This document shows, piece by piece, positions 30,290 through 55,466 of a stretch of DNA of 64,000 nucleotides (position 1 is its first letter; every line of letters starts with the position of its first letter). Origin of the DNA: the human T2T-CHM13v2.0 reference genome, Homo sapiens. The translations under genes were made by a program, and so were the position numbers. The DNA lies in the NCBI RefSeq assembly GCF_009914755.1, contig NC_060929.1. One strand, 5' to 3'. The notes under the pieces were generated by a model. The model saw only the letters and a program-made list of their open reading frames with translations, made no database searches and was not told the DNA's origin.

Positions 30290-31820
30290 GTTTTTTAAAC
30301 AGCTTTATTGAGTTCACATTTCCGTACCAATACACTCATTTAAAGTGTAGTACAATTCAGAGGTTTTTTCATATGTTCATAGAGTTGTGTAAACATCACC
30401 ATATCAGTTTTACAACAATTTCGTTATCCCAGAAAGAATCCCTAGACCCATTAGCAGTCACTCCCCATTTTCCCCCTGCCCCAGGCCTAGGCAACTAATG
30501 TATTTTCTGCCTCTCTGCATTTGTCTAGTCTGGACATATCCTATAAATGGGGCCATGGTGACCAGTTTCTTTCACTTAGCATAATGTTCTCAAAGTTTAT
30601 CCATGATGTAGCATGTATCACTACTAATTCCTTTTTATGGTCAAATAATATTCCATTCCACATTTTATTAATATTTATCCAATCAGTGATGGACATCTGG
30701 TTGTTCCCACTTTTGGGTTATGAATAATGCTGCATGAACATTTTTGTACAAGTTTTTGTGTGAACATATGTTTTCATTTCTTTTGGGAATGGGATTCCTG
30801 GGTCAAATCGTAGCTCTATGTTTAACATTTTGAGGAACTGCCATACTATTCTGAAGTGGTTGTAGCATTTTACAATCCCACCAGCAATATCTGAGGGTTC
30901 CTCTCCACATGCTCACGAACACTTATTTGTCCTTTTTATTATAATATAGTGAGTGAACGTGAAGTAGTATTAATATTTTATTGTGGTTCGATTTGCGTTT
31001 CTTTGATGCTTAACATCACAGTTAATGTGCTTATTGCCTATTTTTATATTTTCTTTGGAGAAATGTCTATTTAGATTAATTGCCCATTTAAAAATTGGGT
31101 TGTCTTTTTTTATAATTGAGTTGTAAGAGTTTTTTTTTTTTTAATATTCTGGATACACACCTTATCTGATACATAATGTGCAAACATTTTCTCCCATTCT
31201 GTGGCCTGCCTTTTCATTTTCTTGATGCTGCTCTTTGAAGTAACTCATAAGTTTTTATTTCTCGTGAAGTCTTGGTGAAGTCCATCTTATCTATTTTTTT
31301 CTATTACTTGTGCTTTTATTGCATCTAACCCAAAAATTATTTGCCTAACCCAAAAATTACGCCTTTTTTCTTGTTTTCTTGTAAGGGTTTTATAGTTTTA
31401 CTTCTTCTGTTTAGTTCTATGATCCATTTGAAGTTAATTTTTGTGTATGGTGCAAGGGAAAGGTATAACTTCATTCTTTTGCAATTGTGTATCCAGTTGT
31501 CCCAGTACCATTTGTTGAAAAGGTTCATCTTTCCCCGTTGAATTGTGGTACCATTGTCAAATATCAATCGACCAGAAATGTATGGATTCATTTCTGTATT
31601 TTCAATTCTATTCCATTGTCTTCCCTTACGACAGCCAGTAACACACAGTTTGGATTGCTGTTGTTTGGATTACAAATTTGTTTTGTATAGCAAATTTGGA
31701 ATCAGGAAGTATGAGTCCTCTAGCTTTTTCCTTCTTTTTCAGGATTATTTTGACTGCCCTGGGTTCCTTGCATTTCCAGATGAATTTTAGGATTAGCCTG
31801 TCAATTTTAGGCATTAGGTT
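30290..31820 (-). mobile_element. Old L1M (3' ORF2/UTR) fragment
   Basis: Degenerate ORF2 peptides (LIFD...LFNKWYWDNW...PYTKINFKWI) in ORFs 31337-31591 and 31626-31814. Confidence 0.8.
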
Positions 31821-32310
31821 TTACAATGGCAATTTATAAAATGTTTTAAAGAGCATTTAAAAATTGATGCTCTTGTAAATGTTATGCATATTTTTGATGC
31901 ATGAATGTTTTTTAAGTTGCTAACTTAATTCCAAATTGCATCTTCACATTAAAAGTTATGTTTCGTTTTCTGTTAATTGAGCTTTGAGCATAGCTTTGTT
32001 TGATGTTTTTGGCTAATATGAATAATACTTCTCTGAATATCTTTCTACACATTTTTATGTGCTTCTTGGGTATTCTTGTTACAAGAGGGATGGGAATAAA
32101 CTTCAATATTTGAATTCTGGAGAGACCTCCAAATCTAATTTATGTTTTAGTTTTTGCCTTCACTTTCACTATTGAAAACAAATAGTTAATAGACTGCATT
32201 TTATTTTATTTCCTGGCTTGGAATTGGGGCTGTGAGGAGGCTCAGTGAGCTAGGAAGGTCTAGGAATTAACTAAATAATTAACTTCCGAGAATTTATAGT
32301 TGTCATTTTA

Positions 32311-32598
32311 GGCTGGGCATGGTGGTTCACTCCTGTAATCCCAGCACTTTGGGAGGCTGAGGCAGGGGAATGGATTGAGCCCAAGAATTGGAGACCAGCC
32401 TGGGCAACACAGTAGACCTTGTCTCTACAAAAAATTTTAAAAAATTAGCCAAGTGTGGTGGCATATGCCTGTAGTCCCAGCTACTTGGAAGGCTAAGGTA
32501 GGAGGATTGCTTGAGCCCAGGAGTTCAAGGTTGCAGTAGGTTATGATTGGTCACTGTACTCCAGCCTGGGCAACAGAGTGAGACCCTGTCTCAAAAAC
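32311..32598 (+). mobile_element. Alu (J-type)
   Basis: Diverged full Alu. Confidence 0.88.
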
Positions 32599-32859
32599 AG
32601 AAAACTAAAAATTCACATATTTCAGGATCATTTATAAAATAATCCCTTAAAATAGATATTAATTTAACTCTTCCCTCTAGCATTTAAAGTGGAACTATTA
32701 AAAGGAAATAAAATTGTCAAAATTCAAAACATCGTGCTCTATATGATAAATATATATGTTTTTCATCAATTAAAAGATAAAAACTTGTCAAAGTGAGGTA
32801 GTGAGAACCTTTGATGTTTTAGGTCTGTCTTGTCTTGTCTTCTCTTCTCTCTCTTCTCT

Positions 32860-33165
32860 TCTTTCTTTCTTTTTTTTTTTTCTGAATTGCAGTCTCACCG
32901 TGTTGCCTGGGCTGGCACGCAGTGGCACGAGCATGGCTCGCTGCAGCTTCAACCACCCAAGCTCAAATGATCCTCCCACCTCAGCCTTCCAAGTAGGTGC
33001 GACCACAGGTACAGGCCACCATGACCAGCTGGTTTTTAAATTATTTGTGGAGATGAGATCTCGCTACGTTGCCCAGGCTGGTCTCGAACTCCTGGGCTCA
33101 AGCCATGTTTCCGCCTCAGCTTCCCAAAGTGCTGGGATTAAAAGGCTGAGCCACTGTGCCCAGCC
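32860..33165 (-). mobile_element. Alu (J-type)
   Basis: Diverged full Alu. Confidence 0.85.
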
Positions 33166-34624
33166 AAAGTTTTAGGTTTCTAATCAAACAACCTATTAAT
33201 TGTTTTCTCCCCTACATGTATAAAGACAAACCTTTTTTGTTGTGACATTTCATTAGAAGAAAGTTTGAATCGTTGAAACTCTCTTCAAGCTCTTTTGAAA
33301 GCAGCACATTCTTCCTTTTTCTTTAAAGTATAGGTTTTCTCAATTGAAACTATATGCTAAATTGAAAATTCCTTTACTTAATACTGTACTTTGAAGGAAA
33401 AAATTATTCAAAACCTTTTACAGAACAGGTGTTTTGTTATTGATAAGTCAGTTTTTGCCACGAAGTATAGCACCATTGATAATCAAGCTGAAATTGGACA
33501 GCAAAATTAAAATTGGACGCAAAAATAATTTTACTAGTAGAAATTCACACCATTGCTTTTAATATGTAAAAACAATTGTTTTTTATCTTTATTTTTACAT
33601 ATTAAACATTATGTAACTTTAAAAAGATATTATAAAAGATTATGTAACTTTAAAAAGATATTGATCAGTATTACAGTGAGGAAGTGTCTAAGCCGCTGCT
33701 TTCTCAAAGGAATAATTGAGTACAAGTTTATAATAGTCTTGAGATTATAACAACATTGCTATGTAATAATTAAAATGGCATTATATTTTTATGTAAACCC
33801 AGATTATTCAGCAAAAAAACCTTAATGCATTTCATAGGTAATTATTAATGGGGGACAAATAAGTATGTAAAACATACCTGAGTTGAATAGCTTATAATCT
33901 TCATTTTACAGAGTAATCCCAATCTATATACGATATGAAGCATTCACCCAAAGACACTAAGTAGTATTCTTTAGTATATATCACATTGTAATGAGCTGAG
34001 ATTTTTAGTTAGGTGACTTTTTCCAGAGGTTATCTATAGTCAGCACATAAAAAATGAACAAACAACAATTAGGTATTTTTATCCTGAAGTTTTTCCTTAT
34101 TTCTTTTACTGATTAACTGTACAGAAGTCTCATTTCACTTGATTTTATTGGTTTTGTTACATTTTGATTTAAAATTAAATTGAAACATTGGTTATATACC
34201 CAAAATTTGATTTATCATTACTTGGATAAGCTAAGAGAATTAAAATGTATTTTAAAATTCTGGAATTGCTATTAATAGGTCTTTGGGATAAAAAACATTA
34301 TTATATTTTTGCTTGATTAATCTAAACTTAGTATCCTAGATGAGAGACTAACACACATTCTTTGGGGTTATGTATCCATATGAAATTTTAAAATATATAT
34401 CTTTAGCAAATTAGTTTAGGTGACCATATTTGAAACCCAGAATAAAGGCTTTTCATTACTTGAAATTTCCAAATATTGTAGTTTGGGATACCTGTTTTTA
34501 GGATATGATCCCATCAGATGACATACCAAAACAAAATCTATATATCTGTATATATTTACTTTATACATTAAGAGATTTGCAAATTTTACATGGTTTAATA
34601 TTTAAAAGGTATAAGAGGGAGTAA

Positions 34625-35023
<399 letters not shown>

Positions 35024-35698
35024 TAACATACACTCCACTAGGTTAAAATTATTATTGTATAACTTTTAGCAAGTTAGCCAGGCCCAACTTGTTCCCATTG
35101 CAACAAGCTGTGAAAATGAAGACTACAGATTCATTTAACTTGATGCAGAAGACTTGACAGTAGACATTATAAAATTATAGTGTTTTAGATTGCACTAAAA
35201 TTTGAGAGGCCCTTAGAATTTTTTAAGGGGTGTGATTTGTTTTATTTTTTAACCTTAATTATAGGAGAAATTTGGAAGTGAAAATTGGTACTGATTTAGT
35301 GTGTATATATGTTCAGTTCAGGGGGAGGATTTTAGAACTTTGACATTTGAAAGGATATAAATTTGATGTCTGCGTTCTTTTTTAGCTCTACACACTAAAT
35401 CCTAAATGCTGTAGTCCTTTCAGAACTACTTAAATTATTTAAGCAAAGGATGAGGGAACAGTTATGCTTTAAATCATCCTGCACATGTGGCTAATATAAG
35501 CCCTTTGAAAGTAGTTTTTTGAGTCACTGAGGTATCTCCTGAGATTATCCATCCTGATGTCATAATTCTAGAATAGTTAACGGAAGCACCCTTAGAAATT
35601 CAAATGGAAATAGGATCCCATGGAAACTTAAAAAGGAAGGGAATAAGGACTTGGGTTTCAGTTTTCTTAGTGTGGAAAAATTAAAGAATATTAGAGTT

Positions 35699-35991
35699 GG
35701 GGCAGGTGCAGTGGCTCACGCCTGTAATCCCAGCACTTTGGGAAGCTGAGGTGGGCGGACCATGAGGTCAAGAGATCAAGACCATCCTAGCCAACATGGT
35801 GAAACCCCGTCTCTACTAAAAATACAAAAATTAGCTGGGCGTGATGGTGCGAACCTGTAGTCCCAGCTACTCAGGAGGCTGAGGCAGGAGGATTGCTTGA
35901 ACCCGGGTGGCAGAGGTTGTAGTGAGCCGAGATCACGCCACTGTACTCCAGTTGGGCGACAGAGCAAGACTCTGTCTCAAAAAAAAAAAAA
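35699..35991 (+). mobile_element. Alu (Sc-like)
   Basis: Full Alu with A tail. Confidence 0.9.
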
Positions 35992-36637
35992 GTATTAGAA
36001 TTGGAAGAATTTTAGTAGCAATCTGGTCCAAAAAGATAAGTATAAATTGTTGTGATGTGGGGAGAAACAAAAACAACAGCATGACAGCAACTGAGACCTG
36101 TAATGATATCTACTATATTGATAAATGTGCAAGAGGATGTTGCTGGAATGGCCAGAGTCAGAGATAATTAAACTGGAAAGTGTTACAGTGTGTGATAAAG
36201 TTGAGGAGATAGTCATGCTCCCTGATGTATTTGAAGGAGTGAAGATTATGGAAGATATATCAAGCACGTTTGCTTGACTTTAGGGAAAAGATTGGAAAGT
36301 ATAATATAAGTAAAGCAAATTAGTGGTGGTGGTGGAGCCTTAAAACCAAGGGGAGTGAGTTTTCAGTTGGTTGAAGCAACAGCCACAAGTCTGCATGGTT
36401 TTCCTTTTTAATTAAAACCATTATTATGGGATAGGTAAAACACAGAAGAATACAGAACACAAATTGCCTATAGCCTCTCCCTCTACCCTTATAATTTTCT
36501 TTAGAAATACAAAATTCAAGATAGATTCTACTATATGGTTGTGTGTCTTGGTATTTTCAGTTGATATTACCATCAAGCATTTTTCTCATGTGAATAAGTA
36601 TTCTTTAATAGGTTTCCATGGAATGGATAGGCTGTAA

Positions 36638-36938
36638 ATTTTTTTTTTTAGACAGGGTCTTCCTCTGTCGCCCAGGCTGGAGTGCAGTGGCCCCATCACC
36701 ATCATAGCTCACTGCAGCCTTGAACTCCTGGGCTCCAGGGATCCTCTTGCCTTAGCCTTTGGAGTGGCTAGAACTACAGGCGCATGCCACCACACCCAGC
36801 TAATTTTTAAAAAAAATTTGTAGGGACGAGGTCTTGCTATGTTATTTAGGCTGGTCTCAAACTCTTAGCCTCAAGGGATCCTCCTGCCTCAGCCTCCCAA
36901 AGTGCTGGGATTCCAAGTGTGAGCCACCACACCTGGCC
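36638..36938 (-). mobile_element. Alu (J-type)
   Basis: Full Alu; TSD GATAGGCTGTAA. Confidence 0.88.
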
Positions 36939-37475
36939 AGATAGGCTGTAATTTTCTTTAATCATTCCCATTTTGTATGGGAACTTTCAGTTTTTTTTTT
37001 TTTTTTTTTTTTTTTGTTTATGAATTACAAGGACTGGAGATTTAAGTACTGATGTGAACAAGATGCCAGTTTAAGAAAGTAGCCTTCTGTCTCTTTGTAG
37101 GCATAGATTGAAGAGCTGAGAAAACTGAAATTGTTGGTTTAGTTTTTTTATTTTGAAAGTAATGAAAAATACTTTCATTTATAGAACATTACAGAAAACG
37201 CAAAATATATAAAAATTAAAAAATTAACTACTGTTTGCTTCTGTAGTTTTTTCTCAACCCATATAATATTTATTTAGATAGCTTTAAGGATTCAACTAAC
37301 TGGCAGAGGTGAACTATAATATAAAAGATTAGGGAAGAATATCTGAGAGGTGAGAAAAACAATTTTTTGAAAGGTAGTAAGATTTCTTTCCTTCAATCAA
37401 CCAACAAATATGTTTGAGTCACTTTTGTACCTGCATCAAATCGTTCTGACTGCCTATTCTACATACTTTATTTCA

Positions 37476-37773
37476 TTTTTATTTATTTAGAGACTGAGTT
37501 TCGCTGTATTGCTCAGGCTGGAGTGCAGTGGCATGATCTCAGCTCTGCAACCTCTGCCTCCCGGGTTCAAGTGATTCTCCTGGCTCAGCCTCCCAATATA
37601 GCTGGGATTACAGGGGCACGCCACCACACCTGGCAAATTTGTAAAATATTTTTAGTAGGGACGGGGTTTCACCATGTTGGCCAGGCTGGTCTCAAACTCC
37701 TGACCTCAGGTGATCCACCCACCTTGGCCTCCCAAAGTGCTGGGATTACAGGTGTGAGCTACCGCGCCTGAGC
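37476..37773 (-). mobile_element. Alu (S-type)
   Basis: Full Alu. Confidence 0.88.
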
Positions 37774-37871
37774 ATTCTATATATTTTAGTCACTATTTTC
37801 TCCATTAGCAGTATCTCTTGCCAGTAGCTCTGCAGAGTACTTTTAATGATCATGACTAAAAATGTCAATGT

Positions 37872-38214
37872 ACGGTTGTCTCCCCATCCATAATTTCACT
37901 TTCCACAGTTTCAGATCTGAGGTCAACTGCAGTCTGAAAATATTAAATGGAAAATTCCAGAAATAATTCATAAGCATTGAAATCTCACTGTGTCCTGTTT
38001 GGTATGCGAATCATCCCTTTGTCCAGTGCATCCATAGTATATACCCTTCCTGCCCATTAATCACTTAGCAGCCATCTTGGTTATCAGATTAAAAAAAAAA
38101 AACAGTGTATAAAGGGTTCATGACCAGTATATAAAGGGTTCGTGACTATCCATGGTTTCAGGCATCCACTGGGGGTTTTGAAACATATCCCCTGTGGAGA
38201 AGAGGGGACTACTG
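37872..38214. mobile_element. MER44-like (Tigger-derived) DNA transposon MITE
   Basis: AAATGGAAAATTCCAGAAATAA internal motif, end GGGGACTACTG followed by TA. Confidence 0.7.
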
Positions 38215-38295
38215 TACAAATAAGAGTATTGATGAGAAGAGGTTGTAACTTGTGGTTGAACGTCCCGTATACCTGTAGAAAAATTGCTTGCATAC

Positions 38296-38651
38296 AAAGG
38301 CATACCTTAGAGATATTGTGTATTGAATTCAAACAACCACAGTGAAGCAAGTCACAAACTCCTGGTTTTTCAGTGCATATAAAAGTTATGTTTACACTAT
38401 ATTATTTACACTATACTGGTGTATTAAATGTGCAATAGCATTTTATCTAAAAATGTATATACCTTAATTAAAAAATACTTTATTGCTAATGCTAACAGGG
38501 AAGAAGTGAGCACATGCAGTTGGAAAAAAGATACTGATAGACTTGCTTGACACGATTGCCACAAACCTTCAATTTGTAAAAATGCAGTATTTTCAAAGTG
38601 CAGTAAAGCAATGCTCAATAAAAGAAAGTACAGTAAAATGAAGTGTGCCTG
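38296..38651 (-). mobile_element. Internally deleted Tigger1 DNA transposon
   Basis: Both termini present (AGGCATACCT... and ...GTGTGCCTG-TA); matches recalled Tigger1 ends, including CCACAAACCTTCAATTTGTAAAAA. Confidence 0.72.
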
Positions 38652-40089
38652 TATTTTACCTCCAGCTCCCTAGCAGTTTTCAAGGCCAGAGTGGCACTGG
38701 AGAGCTGTCATTGCATGTCTATTGAGTTCTCATCAAAGCGTATCTGTAGGTTCTTCACTAAAGGGGCTGTTCTTCAAAGAAAAAAATCTTTAGGATTAGT
38801 AAAATGTTTTTTGGTGTGTTTCAGAGAAGTCAAGATAAAGTGAGACTGTATCAAAAATATGAATGTTATATTGTGCATTGACTTGTCCAGGGTTGTCTAT
38901 TAAATGTCCATAAGAGCTAAATTAAAAGGAAAATGTAGACAGGGTGGGAAGTTATAGTATTTATTTATTTTTGAGGTGGTTTAGAGTTGAGAGGGAGGTT
39001 AGGCATGTTATTGGTGTTTGCAGGATAGTACCTCCTGACCCTTCTCTTACCCCTCCAAAGAACTTTTTGAAAAAAAGGAAACTTGGTAAAACCAATTTTT
39101 TAATCAGTAATGTGATTATACAATATACAATCTATCTTCTGCCTATTTTTCAAATCTTGGACTCACCAAAAGTGAATGCTCGCCACATGCAGTGGCTCAC
39201 ACCTGTAATCCCAGCACTTTGGGAGGCCAAGGTGGGAGGATTGCTTGAGGCTAGGAGTTGGGAGACTGGCTTGAGCAACATAGCGAGACCCTGTTTCTAC
39301 ATAAACTTTTTTTAAAAAACTGAATGCTATCCAGGTTTTTTATTTTTAGTGTCTAATTTACTGTTACTCTTAAAAAGTTCACCGAAGGAGAAGTTTCAAA
39401 CCCTTATCTTTTTGTTTTTTTAGAGACAGGTTCTCACTTTGGCCAGGCTGGTCTTGAACACCTGGCATCAAGCAAGCCTCCTTGCTCAGCCTCTGGAGTA
39501 GCTGGGATTACAGGCACAAGCCTCTGACAATAAATTTTTAAAAAAATCTTAAACATGTAAAGTTGCAGAAGCCAAATGGAAATGTTTGGATTCACAAGAG
39601 GCTGTGGTTTTATGTTATATTCTTCTTAATAAATGGAAATGGTTATTCAAAATGCTAAGGATATTGTTCATATTATCTTGTTACAGATGTGACATTTTAA
39701 TTTGTGATATGTAGGCAAAGTAATTACTAGCTACATTAGCCGATGAGTTTATCAGGAATCACTTCAACATAGCTGGAAGTTTTTATGCTTTCTGTTTTCA
39801 GTGGACTGTGGAAAAATCAAGTTTTGTATTATGTAACACTTGCTTATGGTATAACACTTTCCAACAAATATATTCCATTTTTCCATTTTCACTAAAGAAG
39901 AATAAAAACTGCTGCCTGTAAAGAGAGTTGTTAAACCTAGTGTATCAGCTGTCTTTTATTTCATCGAATAAATTGACATTTCTAATGTTATCTTTATGAT
40001 TTACTAATTAAGGATTCATAGGATTAAACAACAGTAGAGGTTTTCCAGGATTGTGTAGTGATCTAGTTCTATTAATATCTCATTAATTA

Positions 40090-40387
40090 GGCTGGGCATA
40101 GTAGCTCACACCTGTAATCCCAGCACATTGGGAAGCCAAGGCAGGTGTATCGTTTGAGGCCAGGAGTTCGAGACCTGCCTGGCCAACATGGCAAAACCCT
40201 GTCTCTTCTGAAAATACAAAAATTAGCCAGATGTGGTGGTGCACACCTGTAATCCCAGCTACTCAGGGGGCTGAAGCACAAGAATCGCTTGAACCCGGAT
40301 GGGGAGGTAGCAGTGAGCCATAATTGCACGTCTGCACTCCAGCCTGGATGATAGAGTGAGACTGTCTCAAAAACAAAAACAAACAAA
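40090..40387 (+). mobile_element. Alu (S-type)
   Basis: Full Alu. Confidence 0.9.
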
Positions 40388-40673
40388 CGAAAATCCCATT
40401 AATTAAAGACTAGCACATAGCCTCTTCTCTTTTGTTAAATTTTGTCTATTTTCTCCCTTCTCAGGTTAAGTTTACTGAAAGATCTAAGTATTTTGTGATA
40501 CTCAATGCTGATGTGACTTAAGTACTTTACTGTCTTAACTCAGAAATCAAGATTTAGTTATTTTAAAGCACAAACTCCAAATTAAATAATCAGGAATTTC
40601 TTACTGTGTGTTAAAGAGATTGAAATGGGATTTGGTAATATGTTTTGAAAGGTCCATGTTTATCTTTTCTTAA

Positions 40674-41309
<636 letters not shown>

Positions 41310-41583
41310 ACAACTTAATTTTATTAATTGTACCTTTATGGGTGATTACAAAGTGTATGCATATATGTTTGTATGTAGGTATATGTATATATAGTTAATT
41401 GTAAACTTTATTAAAGCATATAATATTGCTTTATACTGTTTAAAATCATACAATAAATGAGAAAAATTTATGAAAACACCTCACCTGAGCACAGGATTGC
41501 ATATTAGTTAATGTTGGCTTTTTATATTCTCAAGTCATTTTTATCTGTTTTTTTATGAAACTAAAAATCTTTTTAAATTTTAG

Positions 41584-41675
41584 GGGGAAAAAAATAGTGG
41601 CTTTGATGTCCTCTACCATAATATGAAACATGGACAGATATCAACAAAAGAACTAGCAGATTTTGTAAGGGAACG
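41584..41675 (+). CDS. FCHO2: FCHO2 coding exon 2 ([31 protein letters not shown])
   Basis: TTTTAG acceptor, GTATGT donor, 92 nt, continues exon 1 frame; FCH motif. Confidence 0.95.
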
Positions 41676-43562
41676 GTATGTATTTTTTAAATAAGTAATT
41701 TGTTTAACAACTTAATAGCAATTTAAATTTTAGAATATAAATAATGGAGAAAACTTTATTTGGATTTGGAATAAAGTAATTGTTTTAAAATATGTACTGT
41801 AATTATATCTATCTATTTGTATCTATCATCTACACAGCTGAGGGCTGTATAGTGGCTCAAAGTGGCTCAAAGTTTAATACCCCTGGTTTGTGGATTCCTT
41901 CTTGAAAATATTATCTACATATTTTTCACTGGATATGCTAGCAAGGTGATATAATACAGTTGAGAAGTTTGTAGGATAAAACATTAACATTTGTTAACCA
42001 TGCTAAAATAATTAGAAAAGACTAACTTTTCTGAACTTCAGTTTAATTTTGTGTTTTTGTAACTTTTATTTTTAAAAGTCCTAAGTATATATTTTAAAAT
42101 CTTGCAAATTTATAAAATGTGATTGTTGTTAAGACTCTTAGAATATAGCGAATTTAAAAGCTATTAAGAATAAATATAATTTGATTATGATTCAAAATCA
42201 AACAACTCAAAAGCTGCTATCCTACTAACTTAAAGCTATTTTGTGGCTACCCCAACTTTGTAATTATTTATATGAACACATTTAAAATCTTTACCTTGAT
42301 AATATAGGGATACTTTGGCTTTAAATTTAATACTCCATTTATTCATGTATTCTTTCAACAATGTATATCCCATCAGTGCTGTGTACCAGCTACTTGTCTG
42401 GATTATGGGAATATAGTGGTTAAGATAACAGCTTCTCCCTTCATGGAGTTTACAGACTGATAGGAATTGGGGAATAAACTATTCTATAAGTTCGGTTCTT
42501 TTCTTACTCCCTCCTCTCTACTGGAATCAACAAGGAATGCAAAAGCTCAAGTGCTCTGGGTAAGGCTCTCCTTCCTCCGGGCTTCTACATTATCATTGGC
42601 AGGAGCAAAGGAAAGGCCGCAGAACTCTGCATCTCTTGGCATGTTCCTTAGCCTTCCCTCTTCCCCTACACTTCACTACTATCACTGTCTACTTTGCAAC
42701 CATCAGGGCAGATATTATGCCTTTGAGCCCTGTTTATGTTAGTCACCTTAAGAAGTCCAGGACTCCTGGGTTATCCTTCCTTTGCCCAGAATCTATCCCT
42801 TTCTGATTCTTTGGGTAGTGAGACAATCCGTCATACTTCCCCTTTACTACTTTATTTTTCTCCATAGTATGTATAACTGTCTGATAAAAGTGATATTTCA
42901 TTTATTTATTTTTCTGTCTCTTCCCACTAGAATATAAACCCAACAAGGGCAGGGATTTTTGTCTTTTTTTGCTTATTTTGTCTTTTTGCTCTATTTATGC
43001 ACTTGTGATAGTGCTTGTCACTTGGTAGGCCCTCAGTAAAGGTTTTTCCATAGAATGAATCTGTAACTTCATTATGCTGATCCCAGCTATCATTATTTTT
43101 GCCTGAACTTCAGCAGTAGCTCGTAACTGCTCTATCTACAGTTGTTCTTGTTTTCCTGCAACTTACTCTGTCTACTGTAGTTGGAGTGGTTTTTTTGAAA
43201 TATAGTACAGATCAGTTGTTACCTCTTCTCTTTCAGCCATCTCAAGGGCTTCCCATTGCTCTTAAGATAGGCCTGCATATTCTGACCCTAAAACTACCTT
43301 TCAGGTCTTATTGTTCTAGGCTCTATGCTAGGCATGGGATACAACAGAATATTGTCTCACAGGAGAACATAGAAACAATTAACAAAAATGAGTAATAACA
43401 AAACTGCATACATAGTACAAAGAGATACATGAATTACAGGCTGCTCCTTATTCTTTCCACTCCAGAGATACTGGGTATCTTATAGACAGGCTTCCTCTGT
43501 CTAGTCCAGGCTTTGTAAATACTTATTCTTCTCTTCACCTAGTTAATGCCTACTTATTCTTT

Positions 43563-48114
<4,552 letters not shown>

Positions 48115-48409
48115 AATGCCTACTTATTCTTTAGAGCTCAGCAAAGTGGTCACTGCTCTAAGGATGCCTTTCCTAATCTCTCTGACTAGGTCAAAAACAC
48201 CTAATATAATCTTTTGTTACATCACCTATCTCTTTGTAGTATTTATAAAATTTGGTAATTATTTATTTTTATTTGTTTTTATGTTCCTCTGTGAAACAGT
48301 ATTTGTTTGTATCCCAGTGGCTAGCACAAAGCCTGGAACAATAGGATAATCATATTTCTTGAAGGACCCAATGAGAAAGGAAAAAACGTAAACTTTGTAT
48401 ACATTATCT

Positions 48410-48890
48410 GATTGATTGATTGATTGATTTGAGACAGGGTCTAGCTCTGTCACCCAGGCTGGAGTGCAGTGGCTCAGTCAATGCTCACTGTAACTTCTGC
48501 CCCCTGGATTCAAGCGATTCTTGTGCCTCAGCCTCCCAAGTAGCTGGGATTATAGCCCTGCGCCATCATGTTCGGCTGATTTTTGTATTATTCTTTTTTT
48601 TTTGAGACAGAGTCTCGCTCTGTTACCCAGCCCAGGCTGGAGTGCAGAGGTGCGATCATGGCTAACTGCAACCTCCCTGTCCTAAGTTCAAGCAATTCTT
48701 GTGCCTCAGCCTCTTGAGTAGCTGGGACCACAGGCATGCACCACCATGCCTGGCTAATTTTTGTATTTTTTATAGAGACGGGGTTTTGCCATGTCAGCCA
48801 GGCTGGTCTGGAACTCCTGACCTCAGGTGATCCACCCATCTCGGCCTCCCAGTGTGTTGGGATTACAGGCATGAGCCACTGTGCCTGGCC
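48410..48890 (-). mobile_element. Partial Alu (48410-48590) plus full Alu (48592-48890)
   Basis: Reverse-strand Alu arms. Confidence 0.85.
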
Positions 48891-49700
48891 AGGCTCATTT
48901 CATTTTAGTGCTGAATAATATTTTGTTGTCTGGATGTACTACATTTTATCCACTGACTTACTCAGGGACATCTTGGTTGCTTCCAAGTTTTGGCAATTAT
49001 GAATACAGCTGCAGTAAACATCTGTGTGCAGGTTTTCGTGTGAACATAAGTTTTAATTTAATTAATTAAAATTTAAATACCAAGGAACGCAGTTACTTGA
49101 TTATATGGAAAGAATATGTTTAATTTTGTAAGAAACCCATCTTCCAAAGTGACAATACCATTTTGCATTTTAACTAGCAATGAATTAGAGTTCTTATTGC
49201 CCCACATCCTTGCCAGCATTTGGAGTGGTCAGTATTCTAGATTTTGGCTGTTCCAATAAGTATATAGTGGTATCTTATCATTGTTTTAATTAGCATTTTC
49301 CTGATGACATATGATGTGGAGCATCTTTGCTTTTAATTTTTTTTTGTAGAGGCAAGGTCTTGCTATGTTTCCCAGGCTAGTCTCGAACTCCTGGCCTCAA
49401 GTGATCCTCCTTGCCCAGCCTTGCAAAGTGCTGAGATTATAGGTGTGAGCCACTGCACCTGGCTTTTTTGTTGTTGTCAAGATGTGGTCTCAGCATGTTG
49501 CCCAGGCTGGTCTTGAACTCCTGGTCTCAAGCAGTCCTCCCGCCACAGTCTCCCAAAGCTCTGCGATTACAGGAGGGAACCAGCACACCTTTCCTCCATC
49601 TTTTCATATGCTTATTTGCCAGCTGTGTATCTTCTTTAGTGAGGTATCTGTTAAGGTCTTTGGCTCATTTTTGTTTTTAATATGGTTGTTTGTGTTCTTA
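48891..49700 (-). mobile_element. Old L1M 3' fragment with Alu monomers; continues at 55467-56010
   Basis: L1M-like 3' text resumes seamlessly after the L1PA7-like insertion. Confidence 0.65.
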
Positions 49701-49703
49701 CTA

Positions 49704-55466
<5,763 letters not shown>

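Noticed and set aside
35995-36267. 90-aa Ser/Thr-rich minus-strand ORF
   Set aside because: No recognisable domain; probably decayed ancient repeat or chance.
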